A DNA stretch of 64,000 nucleotides from the NCBI GenBank assembly GCA_004431415.1, contig QPMI01000040.1, positions 186,001 through 250,000 on the forward strand, written 5' to 3'. Each line of letters opens with the position of its first letter. Within the stretch, counting starts at the first letter, position 1. The DNA is from Cyanophora paradoxa CCMP329 (Eukaryota; Plantae; Glaucophyta). The translations under genes and the position numbers were made by a program. This document shows, piece after piece, positions 24,496 through 35,700 of this stretch. The notes below the pieces were generated by a model that was not told where the DNA came from, did no database searches, and was given only the letters and a program-made list of their open reading frames with translations.

Positions 24496-25849
24496 ATGAA
24501 CGCGCCCGGAATGCCACCCGAAGTAGGTGAGAATCTCACCGCGCGATCTTCATGCCGTCCTCGCGGCGCCGCTGACGATCCGGCTGCAGAGCTCATCGAG
24601 CAGACCTTGCACTTCGTCGCCAGGCAGCCCGGGATCATTCCGATGATCCAGGCTAACAACGCCAACGACCCACGATTCAGCTTTCTCTTTGGCGGGCCCG
24701 GCTCGTGCGTCGCCCCGCCCGTGCGGGAGCGCGTACATCGAACCAACGCGTTCGCGCCTCGCCTCGAATTCCAGGGACTACTTTCAGATGCGCCTCGCCC
24801 AGCTAGCGATGCCCGGCGGCCAGCCGATATTCGGTGCGCCCGCCGCGACGCCCGCCGCCCGTCAGGGAGCCTCTCTCACCGAAGCCGCGCGCGACAGGCA
24901 TGCAGGGAACGCCGTTCCCGCCGGGAGCGGTGCGCGCCTTCCGCCGCGCGTGCGGCGCCCGCTCACGGGCCGGCAGCTGCCCCCGCCGGCCGCCCCCGGC
25001 CCCTGGGGCCCGCCGCCGCCCGCCGGGGCGCCAGCCGCGGCTCCCGCAGTTCCTCCCGCTGCCTCGCTCCCGGAGCCGCTGCACGGGGAGCTGGAGAAGC
25101 TCCTCGCGAACCTCACCGGCTCGAAAGAGTCCATCAAGGCGCGTACCCGTGGCCCCGGCCGCCCCGCGTTCCCCCGACGACCGCCGCAGTCGAGCAAGGA
25201 CTGGGTACTGGCCAACAAGGGACACGTGGTGGAGATCGCCGCGCGCGTCCGCGCCAAGGTTCGCTCCTGTACCCCCGCGCCGCGCCGGCGCACCCCCCAT
25301 CCGGGCCCCAACTGTTGCCCTTCCTCAGATTACCGAGGTTCCCGAGGCGGATAAGCGTCTGTTTCTGCTCTATCTAGGTGCACGCGTTGCGATCTGGCCC
25401 CCTCCCCTCAGCCCTGGCCCCCACGCCTCACGCGTACCCCAGTGAACGACGTGCTGCACCACGCCGCGAAGGCGAGAACCGCGTGCCCCGCCCGCGCTTG
25501 CCCCCTCTCCCTCATCCCTGTACCCCAGGCCCGCGAGGGGGCGCCGTCCGATTCCGTGTGCGACGCTTTCTCGCGGGAGCTGAGGGCGATCGTGGCGGCG
25601 GGGTACGCCAATCAGACGCCCCAGAACCAGGAGCGCATCCGGAAGGCGCGCCAACCGTACCCGTTGAACCTTCCCCCATCGCTCACACCGTAGCCCCTCA
25701 GGTGCTGAAGCTGTGGACGGATCGATCCATCTACCCCCGAGATATGATCGCGTCCCTGGAGGTGGGGTACCGTGCCCGCAAGCGCGCGCGCCCCTCTCAC
25801 TTGCCGGGGTACAGCGCCACTTGGACGGGCATCCGGAGCCTCCAACCGA

Positions 25850-25904
<55 letters not shown>

Positions 25905-26607
25905 CTAGGCCCGGCCGCGGGCCCCTCCCAGCACCACCACGAGTCTCATCCCCCCCCGCCCCACGGCATGCACCCGGGCGGCGCCCCGCCCCCGCCGTGG
26001 GGCGTACCCCCCGGAATGCCCTTCGGCTTGGGCGCCCCCCCTGGGGCCGGCCTGCAGGCCGCCCTTGTGGCAGCGTCGATTGAGAGTACGCTGGCTTTCG
26101 CCGCAGCGGCCGCGGTCCGCCCCACTCCTCCCCCCTTCGTCGACGGGCTCACTCTACCCCCCGCCATGATCCTCGCGCACCGGGACCCCCGAGCGCCGCC
26201 CTATACCCCCGTGGACCCCGCGTCGGCGCCCGTCGTACCCCCTCCCCCTCCCCCCGACGAGCGGCTGCTCCGAAAGCTCGACTCGTGCGAATTCCCGGAC
26301 CCCCGCCCGCCAAATAACCCCCCTCCCCCCTTCGCTCATGGGGGTACGCAGGCTCTACCAGGAGCTGGCCATCATCCGGAAGGAGGGGGGGAAGGAGCCG
26401 GCCAGGGATACCGAGCGGGATCGCGAGAGGGGGCCAGAGTCTGGCCACCGGGACCGGGGGGGCGAGGAGAGGAGGGACAGCCACGGGGGGCGGGGCGCGG
26501 GAGCCCAGGCCCCCGAAAGGCGGGAGGGGCGGGCCCCCGCCGGCGGCCGCGCGGCCCCGGGCCCCAAATCCTTCAACGCGGTGGCCCCGCCCGTGTTCAA
26601 CGACTAG
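24496..26607 (+). CDS. CHERP: CHERP-like U2 snRNP-associated splicing factor (SURP, CID, polyQ/Pro, DUF3819-like)
   Basis: SURP: LIEQTLHFVARQP..NDPRFSFLFGGPGSDYFQMRL. CID: LANLTGSKESIK|SSKDWV..KRLFLLYLVNDVLHH..RIRK|VLKLWTDRSIY. LPPAMILAH..PYTPVDP..PPPPPPDERLLRKLDS resembles the CHERP DUF3819 region. No G-patch seen. Confidence 0.85.
25851..25901 (+). repeat. (CAG)n coding polyglutamine tract in CHERP
   Basis: CAA followed by a pure CAG run, in the frame PPTEQQQ...QHLG. Confidence 0.9.
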
Positions 26608-27384
26608 GCGCCGCGTGTACCCCCTCTTCCTCCCCCTTTCTCCTACCCCGGGCCCTGTCGCCCTTCATGCCGCCCTTGTTTAACAACTTGAGATCCGTGA
26701 CCGACGCTGCAGCGCCGCCGAGCCTGGGCCTGCAGCCCGACGGTCTCTAGCGAAATGGCCCGGCGGCCCCCCCTGGGCCCAGCTCGGCCGGCAGCCTGAA
26801 CTCTCATGATCAGTCATTGGCAGTCACCGGCCCTGGGGGCCGGGGGGCCGGGGTGCCGCGGTGCGGATGCTGAGGCAGATAAGGCAACCTGAGATTGGAT
26901 CCTGGTATCGTAGCGGTTGCCAAGTGCGCTCAAATTTAAACCGTCGGACCGTCACACACGGCGTACGTCGGTCCGACGGTCTTTCAGTACTGATTACCGT
27001 AGTACGATCATCATGGCATGCATGCGCATAACTTGTACATGTAATGTTCACAGTGTCCGACGGTCGCCGTCATGATCACTTGATCATGATGTATATGTAC
27101 GGCAGCGTTGGGCACGGGGCATGCCACGGGGTTGGACTCCGGGAGCTGGCCATAGGAATTTCGGAAGCTTTGAAGCTCAAGATCGCATCAGAGCCCAGAG
27201 TCAGAGGCGGCACCGAATGACCACTCAGTGAATGGCGGGTCTGCTCTGCTCATTGCAGCGCCACAAACACATAAACTGAAATCTGGATGGTGGGCTCTGG
27301 CTGGCGGGCGCCGGGTCCCGCCACAGGCAGAGCCTACAGCTAGCCGCGGCTAGCCTAGCCGACTCCCGGATCGCGGATCGGCGG

Positions 27385-30300
27385 CTAGTAGGCGGCGGGG
27401 GCGGGCCCCAGGCTCAGCGTCGAGATGAGGTCGTCCAGGTCGCGCTCCTGCGGAACCAGAGGGAAGCACAGGTGAGAACCAGACCGAAACTGAGAGATCT
27501 AGACTGCAAGAAGGCAGACCCAGCGCAGCAATACACTAAAAGAAGCAATGCTTTCAATCTAGAGGACCGTTGAAGGCTAAGCTAAACTAGAGTAGACCAA
27601 TATCTAGGTATCTTAAGAGGAATGAGGAGGAACAAACGCTGACCTTGATGGCGCGGCGGCGGGCCGCCTCCGTGTCCGGGTGGGGACCGAGCTCCACCCG
27701 GGGGGAAGGAACCGGCCCCGGCCCCGGCCCCGCCGAGCCTCCCTCCGCCGCCCCGGAGCCCCCTGCGCGCGCTCAGAGGTCGTGACGGTTTGGGCGGGGG
27801 GAGGGGGGGGAAGGAGGGGGGGGGTACCGAAGGCGCCGAGGTCGGTGCGGACGCCGCAGCGGCCCTCCCGCACCTGTCGGCGCCGCCGCGTCAGCGCCGC
27901 CGCCGCCTCGATTTCGCAGCTCCGCGCTCGCTTCGCTCTCGTTTCGGCGGCGCTCGTTCTATGTCATCTCTAGTAGTGCGGCGGACGCGCGCGAGGTTCT
28001 AAGACAGGAGGAGGCCGCCGCCCCGCCTAGAGCCCCGCCTAGACCCTCCCCCATCTCTAGTAGTGCGGCGGGCGCGCGCGCGCACCGTGGCGGCCTCCTT
28101 GAGCACGTTGACCGCGTTCTGCGCCCGCCCGCCCCGCGTCAGACGGCGGCGGCGGCGGCGGAGGAGGAGGAGGAGGAGGAGGAAGGAGGAGGGGGGGGCA
28201 GGCGGAGGAGCGAGGAACGAGGAAAAGGCGGCTATCCCACTGTCCCCGCCTCCTCGCTCCTCCGCCTCCCCGCCTCCTCCTCTATCTCACTGTCAACGGC
28301 TATCCCAGGCTATCTCTCTCAGGCTATCTCTCCCGGGGCGGGGGCCCGTGCGGGCCTGGGAGAGGGTGTTGCGGGTGAGGTCGAGGGCGGTCAGCGGCCG
28401 CAGCTCCCCCAGCGCCACCGCCAGGTACCTGCGCGGGAGGGGCGGGGCGTCAGGGGCCGGCACGAGCGTTAGGGGCTGGCGCCTCGTATCTATCTATCTA
28501 TCTATCTATCTATCTGGAGCTTCGTAAGATAGGGCGTTAGAGGGGGCGCGAGCCGCCTAGAGGCAGTTGAGCGGCAGCACGCTCGAGAGCATCTGGAGCA
28601 TCTGGCGCGCGCGCGGGGAGGGAGAGCGGGGGGCCGAGCCCCTCGGATCTTTCGCACCCGGCGCCGTCGTCGGTGATGCGGCAGGCGGCGAGCCCGAGCG
28701 CCGCCACCCGCGCCCCGTCCCGCACCGCCTGTTCGTTCGTTCGCGGGGGAGGCGCTCGTCAGGGGACAGCGGCGGGCAGCGCGGCCCGAGGCGGGCTCCC
28801 CTGAGCCGACCCCTCGCCCCAGCCCCCGGCGTGACCCCTCGAACCCCTCCACGCGGCCCGGGTCGGATCTAGCTCGGACCTAGCTCGCCCCCCCCCCCCT
28901 CCTCCCCCCCCCCTTCCGCTCCCACCTCCCGGGCGGCCCGGCTCAGCCCAGACCTCGGCTCTAGCCCCAGGCTTGGCCCTCGCCCTAGCCCCCCCCCCCC
29001 CACCCTCCGCTCCTAGCCCCAGGCCTGGCCCCGGCTCGGCTGGGATTCAGCTCGGCCCCCCCTCGCTCTAGCCTGCCCCCGGCTTGACCCCTCCAACCCC
29101 TCCGCTCCACCAGGGAAGGCTTGGCCCTGGCCCCCGGCCTCGCCCCGGCTCGGCTCGGAGCTAGCTCGGATCCAGCCCCCACCACCCCTCCGGACGGACC
29201 TCGGCGAGGTAGCGTGCGCCCTCGTTGCCGAGGGGGTTGTCCCCCAGCTGCAGCTCCCCCAGCGTGGCGCCCGCGTGCCTGCGCGCGGGGGCGAGGGGGA
29301 GATAGAGGGTGAGAGGGTGGTGCGCGAGGAGTGGCGGCGCCATCGAGTCGAGGAAGCGAAGAGACGAGAGCGTCTCGGCTAGGCGTCGGAAGAAAGAGAG
29401 ACCGGCGCCCATCTCCAAGGGGCCCATCTTTCTATCTCGTTTCTTTTCGCTTCCCGCCCGGGTCGCACCGGAGGGCCTTGGCGAGCTCAGAAGGAAGGAA
29501 AGATGGATAAAGATAGAATGATATGAAAGAAGGAAGGCGAGCTAATATTATCTCGAGCTAATTATCTGGATATCTCTAATATCCACCTCTAATGTCTCAT
29601 AGAGATCTGTCTGTCGCACCGGAGGGCCTTGGCGAGCTCGGAGGCGCCGCGGGGGGTCACCCCGTTGCCCGAGAGGTCCAGGTACGTGAGCCCCGCCGGC
29701 CGCGGCTGCGGGGCGAGAGGAGGTGAGGGCGGGAGGGAGGGTGTGAGAGAGGTGGTGGGAGGAGGGAGGGAGGGAGGGAGAGGGGCCGATTGTTATTCAT
29801 CACTATTCGTCAAGGGCCCGAGGCTAGGCGTGAACTATGATCGAGTAGTCCTACCCGATCCGATCCCATCCCATCTATCGGGGGGCCGGGACGGGGGCGG
29901 GGCGGACCTGGCTGGGGGTGCCGGCGGGGGCGGCGGCGGCGGCGAGGAGCGCGGCGGCGAGGTCCGCGGCGCCGCCCTCCCCGATCCCGTTGCGCGCCGC
30001 CGAGAGCTGCGCTCGAAGAGTGAGCAGAGAGGGAGGGAGGGGCGAGGGGGGTAGAGTGAGAGAGTTGGGGAAGGGGGCGCACGCGGGTGATGGCGCAGCC
30101 GGGCTGGCGCAGGACCTCGGCTGCAGCGGGGGCCCTTTCAGAGTCCGGGCGAGGGCTCAGAAAGAATCCCAGGAAGCGCTGGGCGCCGCACTAAACGTCT
30201 CCTAGGAGAAGCCTCCAGGTTCTCTAGAGCCTCTCCTAGCTTCTTCGTCTCGTAACGTGGAGCCTGGCCCGGCGCACCGAAGCGCTGGGCGCCTCTCTAA

Positions 30301-32757
30301 ACCTTCTAAGTCTAGGAAGGAGCCGGAGTAGCTTCTAAGTCTTCTCTAGCCTGGCGCTGCGCACCGAAGCACTGGGCGCCGCACTAGACGTCTCTCTCCT
30401 AAGCAACCTAGATCTTTATAGATCCTTCTAGAGGACTTAGCGCCAACTTAGCGCCGCACTAGAAGACGTCTCCTAAGAGAACTAGAGAACGTCTCTCAGC
30501 TTCTAAGTCTTCTGGGGCGCACCGAAGCACTGGGCGCCGCACTGGTTGATGTTGCAGCCGGCGACGTTCAGGTGCGTCAGCGTCCGGTTCTTGCGCAGCC
30601 TGGGGCCCGGCGGGGGTCAGAGGGGGGATCCTGCCCTCTAGCTAGCTAGCCGCGCGCGCACCGGGAGGCGATCTCCTCGGCGCCTAGGTCAGTGCAGTAC
30701 GGGTTCTCCGCCAGGCTGCCGTTCGCGGTACCCCCCGGCGTCACGTCAGCGGGGCGGGTCGAGGGGCGCGGGGAGGGTGGGAGGGAGGGGCGGCCCTAAC
30801 GGCCCTAACGGAACCCGCGCAACGGGTCGGATCTAACGGATCTGACGGAAGAAGCCGACGGATCCTAACGGAAACCTAACGGAAGAAGCTCACGGCACCT
30901 AACTGGTCCTAACAGAAGAAGCTAACGCAAGCCAAGTGAAGGAGTTAACGGAAAAAGGTAACCGAACCTAACGGGAGAAGCTAACGGAAGAAGCTAACGG
31001 AGCCTAACGGAGCCTGAAGCTAACGGAGCCTAACGGAATCTAACGGCGGAAGCTAACGGAATCTAACTGAAGATGCGGACGAAGCCTAACGGAAGAGGGT
31101 GACGGACGCTAACGGATCGAGCGAGGGAGGGTAGCGTTGCTAACGGAAACGGAGCCTAACGGAAGGAGCTAACGGAGCCTCACGGGAGAGGCTCGGGATC
31201 AGATCAGATCGTGTCACCTGAGGTGGAGGAGGGTGGCGTTGCCGTCGAGGGCCGCCGCCAGCGCCGCCACGTCCGTCGAGACCTGTGCCGCCGGGTGAGC
31301 GGGCGGTTCCGAGGCGAAGGACAGGAAGAGAAGTCTGGTTAGAGGCGAGGGGGGGCCGCTAGGACAGGAAAGGGCACGATCTAGACGGGAACTCCCGCCC
31401 CCGCCCCCGCCCCCGCCCTCGCCCTCGGCCCCGCCCCTCTCGCCGCGCACGAGCTTGCAGTCGTCGAGGGTGAGGGAGGTGAGCGTCCGGTTGCCCTGCC
31501 CCGCCCCGCCCCATCAATCAGCCGGGGCCTAGGCTTGGGCGGGGCGGGGGGCGCCGGTCGCTCGCCTGGAGGGCGGCGGCGAGGGCGCGCGCCCCCACGT
31601 GGCTGCAGTCGTTCCGCGAGAGGTCCAGCGCCTGCCGGGGGGGGGGGCAAAGAAGTCAGAAGGAAGGGGGGGGAGAAAGCCGTGGAGGAGGGGGGGGAGA
31701 CGTCTGAACAAGACGTCTCCCCTCGCTCGCAAGCGAGGGGGACCAGGCCGACTGATCCAGGCCCGTCTCTAGACCCGTACTACCCCCTCTGGGGCCGGGG
31801 GAGGGCGGGCGCGGGCCTTGAGGACGGTGTTGGTGGCAAGGGGCTCGGCCAGAGCCTCCACGCCCCGCGGGCCCAGCCCGTTCCCCGCCATCCTGCGCGG
31901 CGCCCAAGTCAGAAGGCGGCGGCCCGAGCCCGGCCAGCCTCGGCGCCTCTTCTCCTCCTAGGAGGCCGCCCCTTAGGCGGGGGGCGGGCAGCCCTCTCCC
32001 CAGGCGCCCCCCCACCTTGCCGGGTTCTTCCTAGGCGAGGGGCGGGCGGGCGGGCGGGCGCGCCTGAGCTCGGCGAGGTGGGCGGCGATGCGGGAGCCCG
32101 ACGCCGGCGCCAGCTGCGCGAGGGAGGGGGGGACGTCGGCTTCAGAGCCCGGCCAGGAAGGGGGGAGGGGAGGGGTGCGCTTGCCTGGGAGGCGAGGATC
32201 TCGGCGCCGCGGTCGCCGAGGCGCGCGTCCCGCACGTCCAGCACGCACACCTGCGAGGAGGACCGGCCGCCCACTTTAGTTTGAACTCTAGGCGGGGCGT
32301 CTAGTTTGTTTGTTTGATTGATTGTTTGGCTTGAGAGTCCGTTCCGTTCGGATCGGCCCGTCGGGGTCGGCCTCGCAAGCTGTGCTCTAACTGTACTGTT
32401 GGGGCGCTCTAATTTGCTTCTAATTTGCTTGGCTCGAGGGTCCGTCTAGTCTGTGCGGAAGCCGGGCACCTGGAGGGCCGAGGCGTTGATCGCGTCCGCC
32501 ACCATCGCCGCGCCCCGCGGGCCCAGCGGCCGCCCTGCGCGTCTGTTCAGTTGAGGCGCGCGCTGCGCCGAGGAGGCGCGAGGGGCGCGGGCGGGCGGAC
32601 CGCAGAAGGACGCGGTGAGGGGCTTGCGGTCAGCCTGCGAGCGAAGGGAGGGGCGGGCGGGGCGGGGCGGGGCGGTCAGGCGGGGCGGCCGGCCGGCCGC
32701 GCAACAGCTCTCTCGGTGAGTGCTAGGGTGAATGCATGCGGCTAGGCCCGGCAGCAT
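27385..32757 (-). CDS. RI-like leucine-rich repeat protein (NLRC3/CARMIL-type LRRs), many small exons
   Basis: Exons SFCGRPLGPRGAAMVADAI, VCVLDVRDARLGDRGAEILA, LDLSRNDCSHVGARALAAAL, GNRTLTSLTLDDCKL, LAAALDGNATLLHL, LRKNRTLTHLNVAGCNINQCGAQCF, LTYLDLSGNGVTPRGASELAKAL, LGELQLGDNPLGNEGARYLAE. Stop TAG at 27385. The 5' end is ambiguous and may be continuous with the upstream gene. Confidence 0.85.
30796..31186. repeat. Degenerate minisatellite of CTAACGG(A) units inside an LRR-gene intron
   Basis: Roughly 18 exact CTAACGG copies plus about ten variants (CTGACGG, CTAACTG, CTCACGG) with variable short spacers, counted by eye. Confidence 0.9.
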
Positions 32758-35700
32758 CACGGCGGCCAGTGCACGGCGCCCTGGGCCTGGCCCTCGGCCT
32801 GGCGGGGGGACGGGCGCGCCTCGACGATGTCGGTGTCGGCGAGGTCGAGGAGCTGCGCCCCCGCCGACGCCTCCAGCTCGCACAGCGCCTGCTCCTCGGA
32901 GGGGTGCCGGCTGGGGGGGCGCCCCGTGCGGCTTGGGGTGGGGAAGCCGCCGGGGCCGGACCCCGCCAGCCCCGAGCCGGACCCCGCCCCCAGCAGCCCC
33001 GACGCCGCCTGCGGGGACGGGGCGGGACGGGATGGGTCAGCCAAGGGGCCGGCCGAGCCGAACCGAGTCGGGCCTCAGGCCCTCAGAGCCTAACCAACTC
33101 GCTCCCGAGCCTCTCCCTCTCTCCCCCCCCCCCTCTCCTCCTCTCACCCTCTCCCTCGAAGTCGAGCCTCGGCCCTAGATGCTCCGGCTAGTCCTACTTC
33201 CCAGCCTCTCCCTCTCCCACCCTCTCGCTCACCTGGGCCTGGAGGGTCTCGAGGCGGGCGCGCATCGCGTCGAGTTCGCGCTTGACCAGCAGGATCGCCG
33301 CGCACACGCGCCCGTTCTGGCGGGCGGGGGGGAGGGGGTGAGGGGCCGGCGGGCGGGGGACGAGTGGGTGGATAGAGGCGGGGGGAAGGGAGGTCCGAGC
33401 GGCGCGTCCGAGGTCCCCTCAACTAAAAAAGTTGGGCCCCGCGCTTCCTCAACACCCCGTGCGCTTCTAAACTCTCCTCACTGGAGGGGCGGGGGCGCAC
33501 CTCGATAAGATCTAGATGCCTTCTAGGCGGCGCCCCCACGTTCCTCTAGACTAATCTAAACTACGGCGGGCGGGGGGTCCAGGCGGCGCGGCCACGGTCC
33601 TCTCACCTAAACTGGACTAGACCTCCAAACTAGCGCTTGGAGGGCGCACCTCGTCGCGGATGGCGCGGGCGCACGCCGCCTCGAAGGCGTCCGACCTGCC
33701 GCGGGGGAGGGGTGGCGCGGCGCCGGTCAGATTCGAATCAAGCTGTGCTTCTTCCTATGCCGAGGGCCGTGCTGCGGCTTCTTCCTACGCCGAGAGGGGC
33801 GGGGGGAGGAGGAGGCGGCCGGGTCGCGGGGGCTGCGTGGGCGCCCAGCAGCAGAGGTGCGCCCACTGCCAGAAGGTGCGGGAGGAGGGGGAGGCCGGTC
33901 TGCTCCTCACGGAGGGGGCTGGACGCGCGCACCGCTGCTGCTGGGCCGTGAGGCGGTCCCCGAGCCACTCCCGGATCTGCGCGGGCGTGGCCGGCGTCAG
34001 GGGCGCTGGGCCTGAGGAGGAGCAGAGCGAGGCGGGCGGGGCCCGGCCCGGCCCGGCCTGGCAGATCAAATCCCCTGAAGCTCTAAAAGAAAGATAGATC
34101 GCGAAAAACTCGCTCGCCTCCTTGTCGACGGCGCGGAGGGCGTCGCACTGGGCGCCGATCCAGGCGCGCTGGCCCTCCGCCCACCCCCGCAGCGCCTCCT
34201 CCTCGGCCTCGAGCTCCTTCTTCCGCCTGCGAAAGAAGGAAGGTGGGAGGGGCAGGGGCGGCCGGGGGGCGGCTCGGGGGGCACGCGCGGCCGGACGAAG
34301 GCGGAGAGACTAGCGGACGCTCAGAACTAACAAGACTAGCGGATGCTAGTCTAGAACTGGCGGCGCTTCTTACAGCTGCGCTGGGCCGGGGAGGCGCGGG
34401 GCGCACCGGTCGACCTGGGCGCGGAGCTTCTTATACTAGCTTCTTTAGACTAGCTAGAACTGGCGGCGCTTCTTATAGGCGCGGGGCGCACCGGTCGACC
34501 TGGGCGCGGAGCTCGGCCTGCTCCTGCTCGATCCGCTCCCGCAGCTTCGCGTCCTGCGGGGGGCGAGGGGCGAGGGGGTGGGTCAGGCCGCGCCGGGCCG
34601 GGCCGACAACCGCTCGTCTAGCTGTCCACTGTTGCGCTCGTTTGTTTGTTTGTTTAACCAAACATGTTTGTTTGTTTAACCAAACAACGACCGCTTTTTC
34701 ATGCTTGTTCAACTATTAAGCCTGTCCAACTCGCTCCAGCTTGAAGCATGTCCAAGCTTGAATTATAAGCTATGAAGCAACTATTAAGCTTGTTCTAGCT
34801 TTTGTCCATTTAAGCAACTGTTAAGCTTGTTCAACCATTCAGCGCACCTGAGCGGCGACGGTCGTCCACTCCTCTTCCGAGCGCTTCTGCAGCCACTCCG
34901 TGCGCTCCTGGAGCCACCTGGCCGAGGGCGAGGATCAGAATGAATATCAGACTAGAAGGCGGGACGGAGGGGCGGGGGCGGACTTGGCGGCGCGGGCGGC
35001 CTCCTCCTGCTGCCCGCGGATCGCCGACTGCACGCGCTCCAGCATCCCGTCCCCCGCGCTCTGCGGCGGGCGTCGAACGGGACGGCGTCAGCTTCTAGAA
35101 GGGAGGAGGACCGGGCGCCCTCCAGTTCTTTCTTCCGGCCTCTAGAAGAACGTTCTTCTCGGAGGGGGGGGGGGGGGGGGGCGGGATGGACCTGGAGCGA
35201 GGTGCGGAGGCGCTGGTCCTCCTCCCGCACCGCCTGCGGGGCGCCCCGAGCGTCAGGCGAAGAAAAAGAAACAAAAGGAAAGGAAAGGGAAGGAAAGGAG
35301 AGGAAAGGAGAGGAAAGGAAGGGGAGGGGAGGAGGGGAGGGGGGGTACGGACCTGGAGGCCCGAGTCGACGGCCGAGCGGACGGCCGCCACCTCCCCCCC
35401 CGCCCACGCCTGCAGGCCCCGACCCCGGGAGGAGTGAGGCGGGGGCGGGGTCGGGGGCGTGGCGAGGCGCGGAGGGCAGGAGGAGATAGGAAAGCCTCTG
35501 GCTGAAAGCTGAGAGGATAGGAGAAGCTAAGTGATATTCAGTACAAGTAGTAGAAGCTAAGACGTAGTAGTTGGAGAGGCTAAGTAGTAGTATAGGAGGG
35601 CCCGGGCCGGCGCACGCGGATCTTCTGGGCCTCGTCGGCGGCGGCCTGGCGGTGCTGCTCCACCCGCGCCGCCAGCTCCGACGCCTGTGCAAGCGCGGGG

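Larger units (their letters stand above)
21316..25370. repeat. Direct tandem duplication, unit ~2027 bp (21316-23342 and 23343-25370)
   Basis: Identical ORFs offset by 2027 (21398/23425, 22003/24030). The differences I found are 1-nt indels in homopolymers. Confidence 0.95.

Noticed and set aside
30796-31186. CRISPR-like repeat-spacer array
   Set aside because: Units are 7-12 bp with no unique 30-40 bp spacers, there are no cas genes, and the array sits in a eukaryotic intron.
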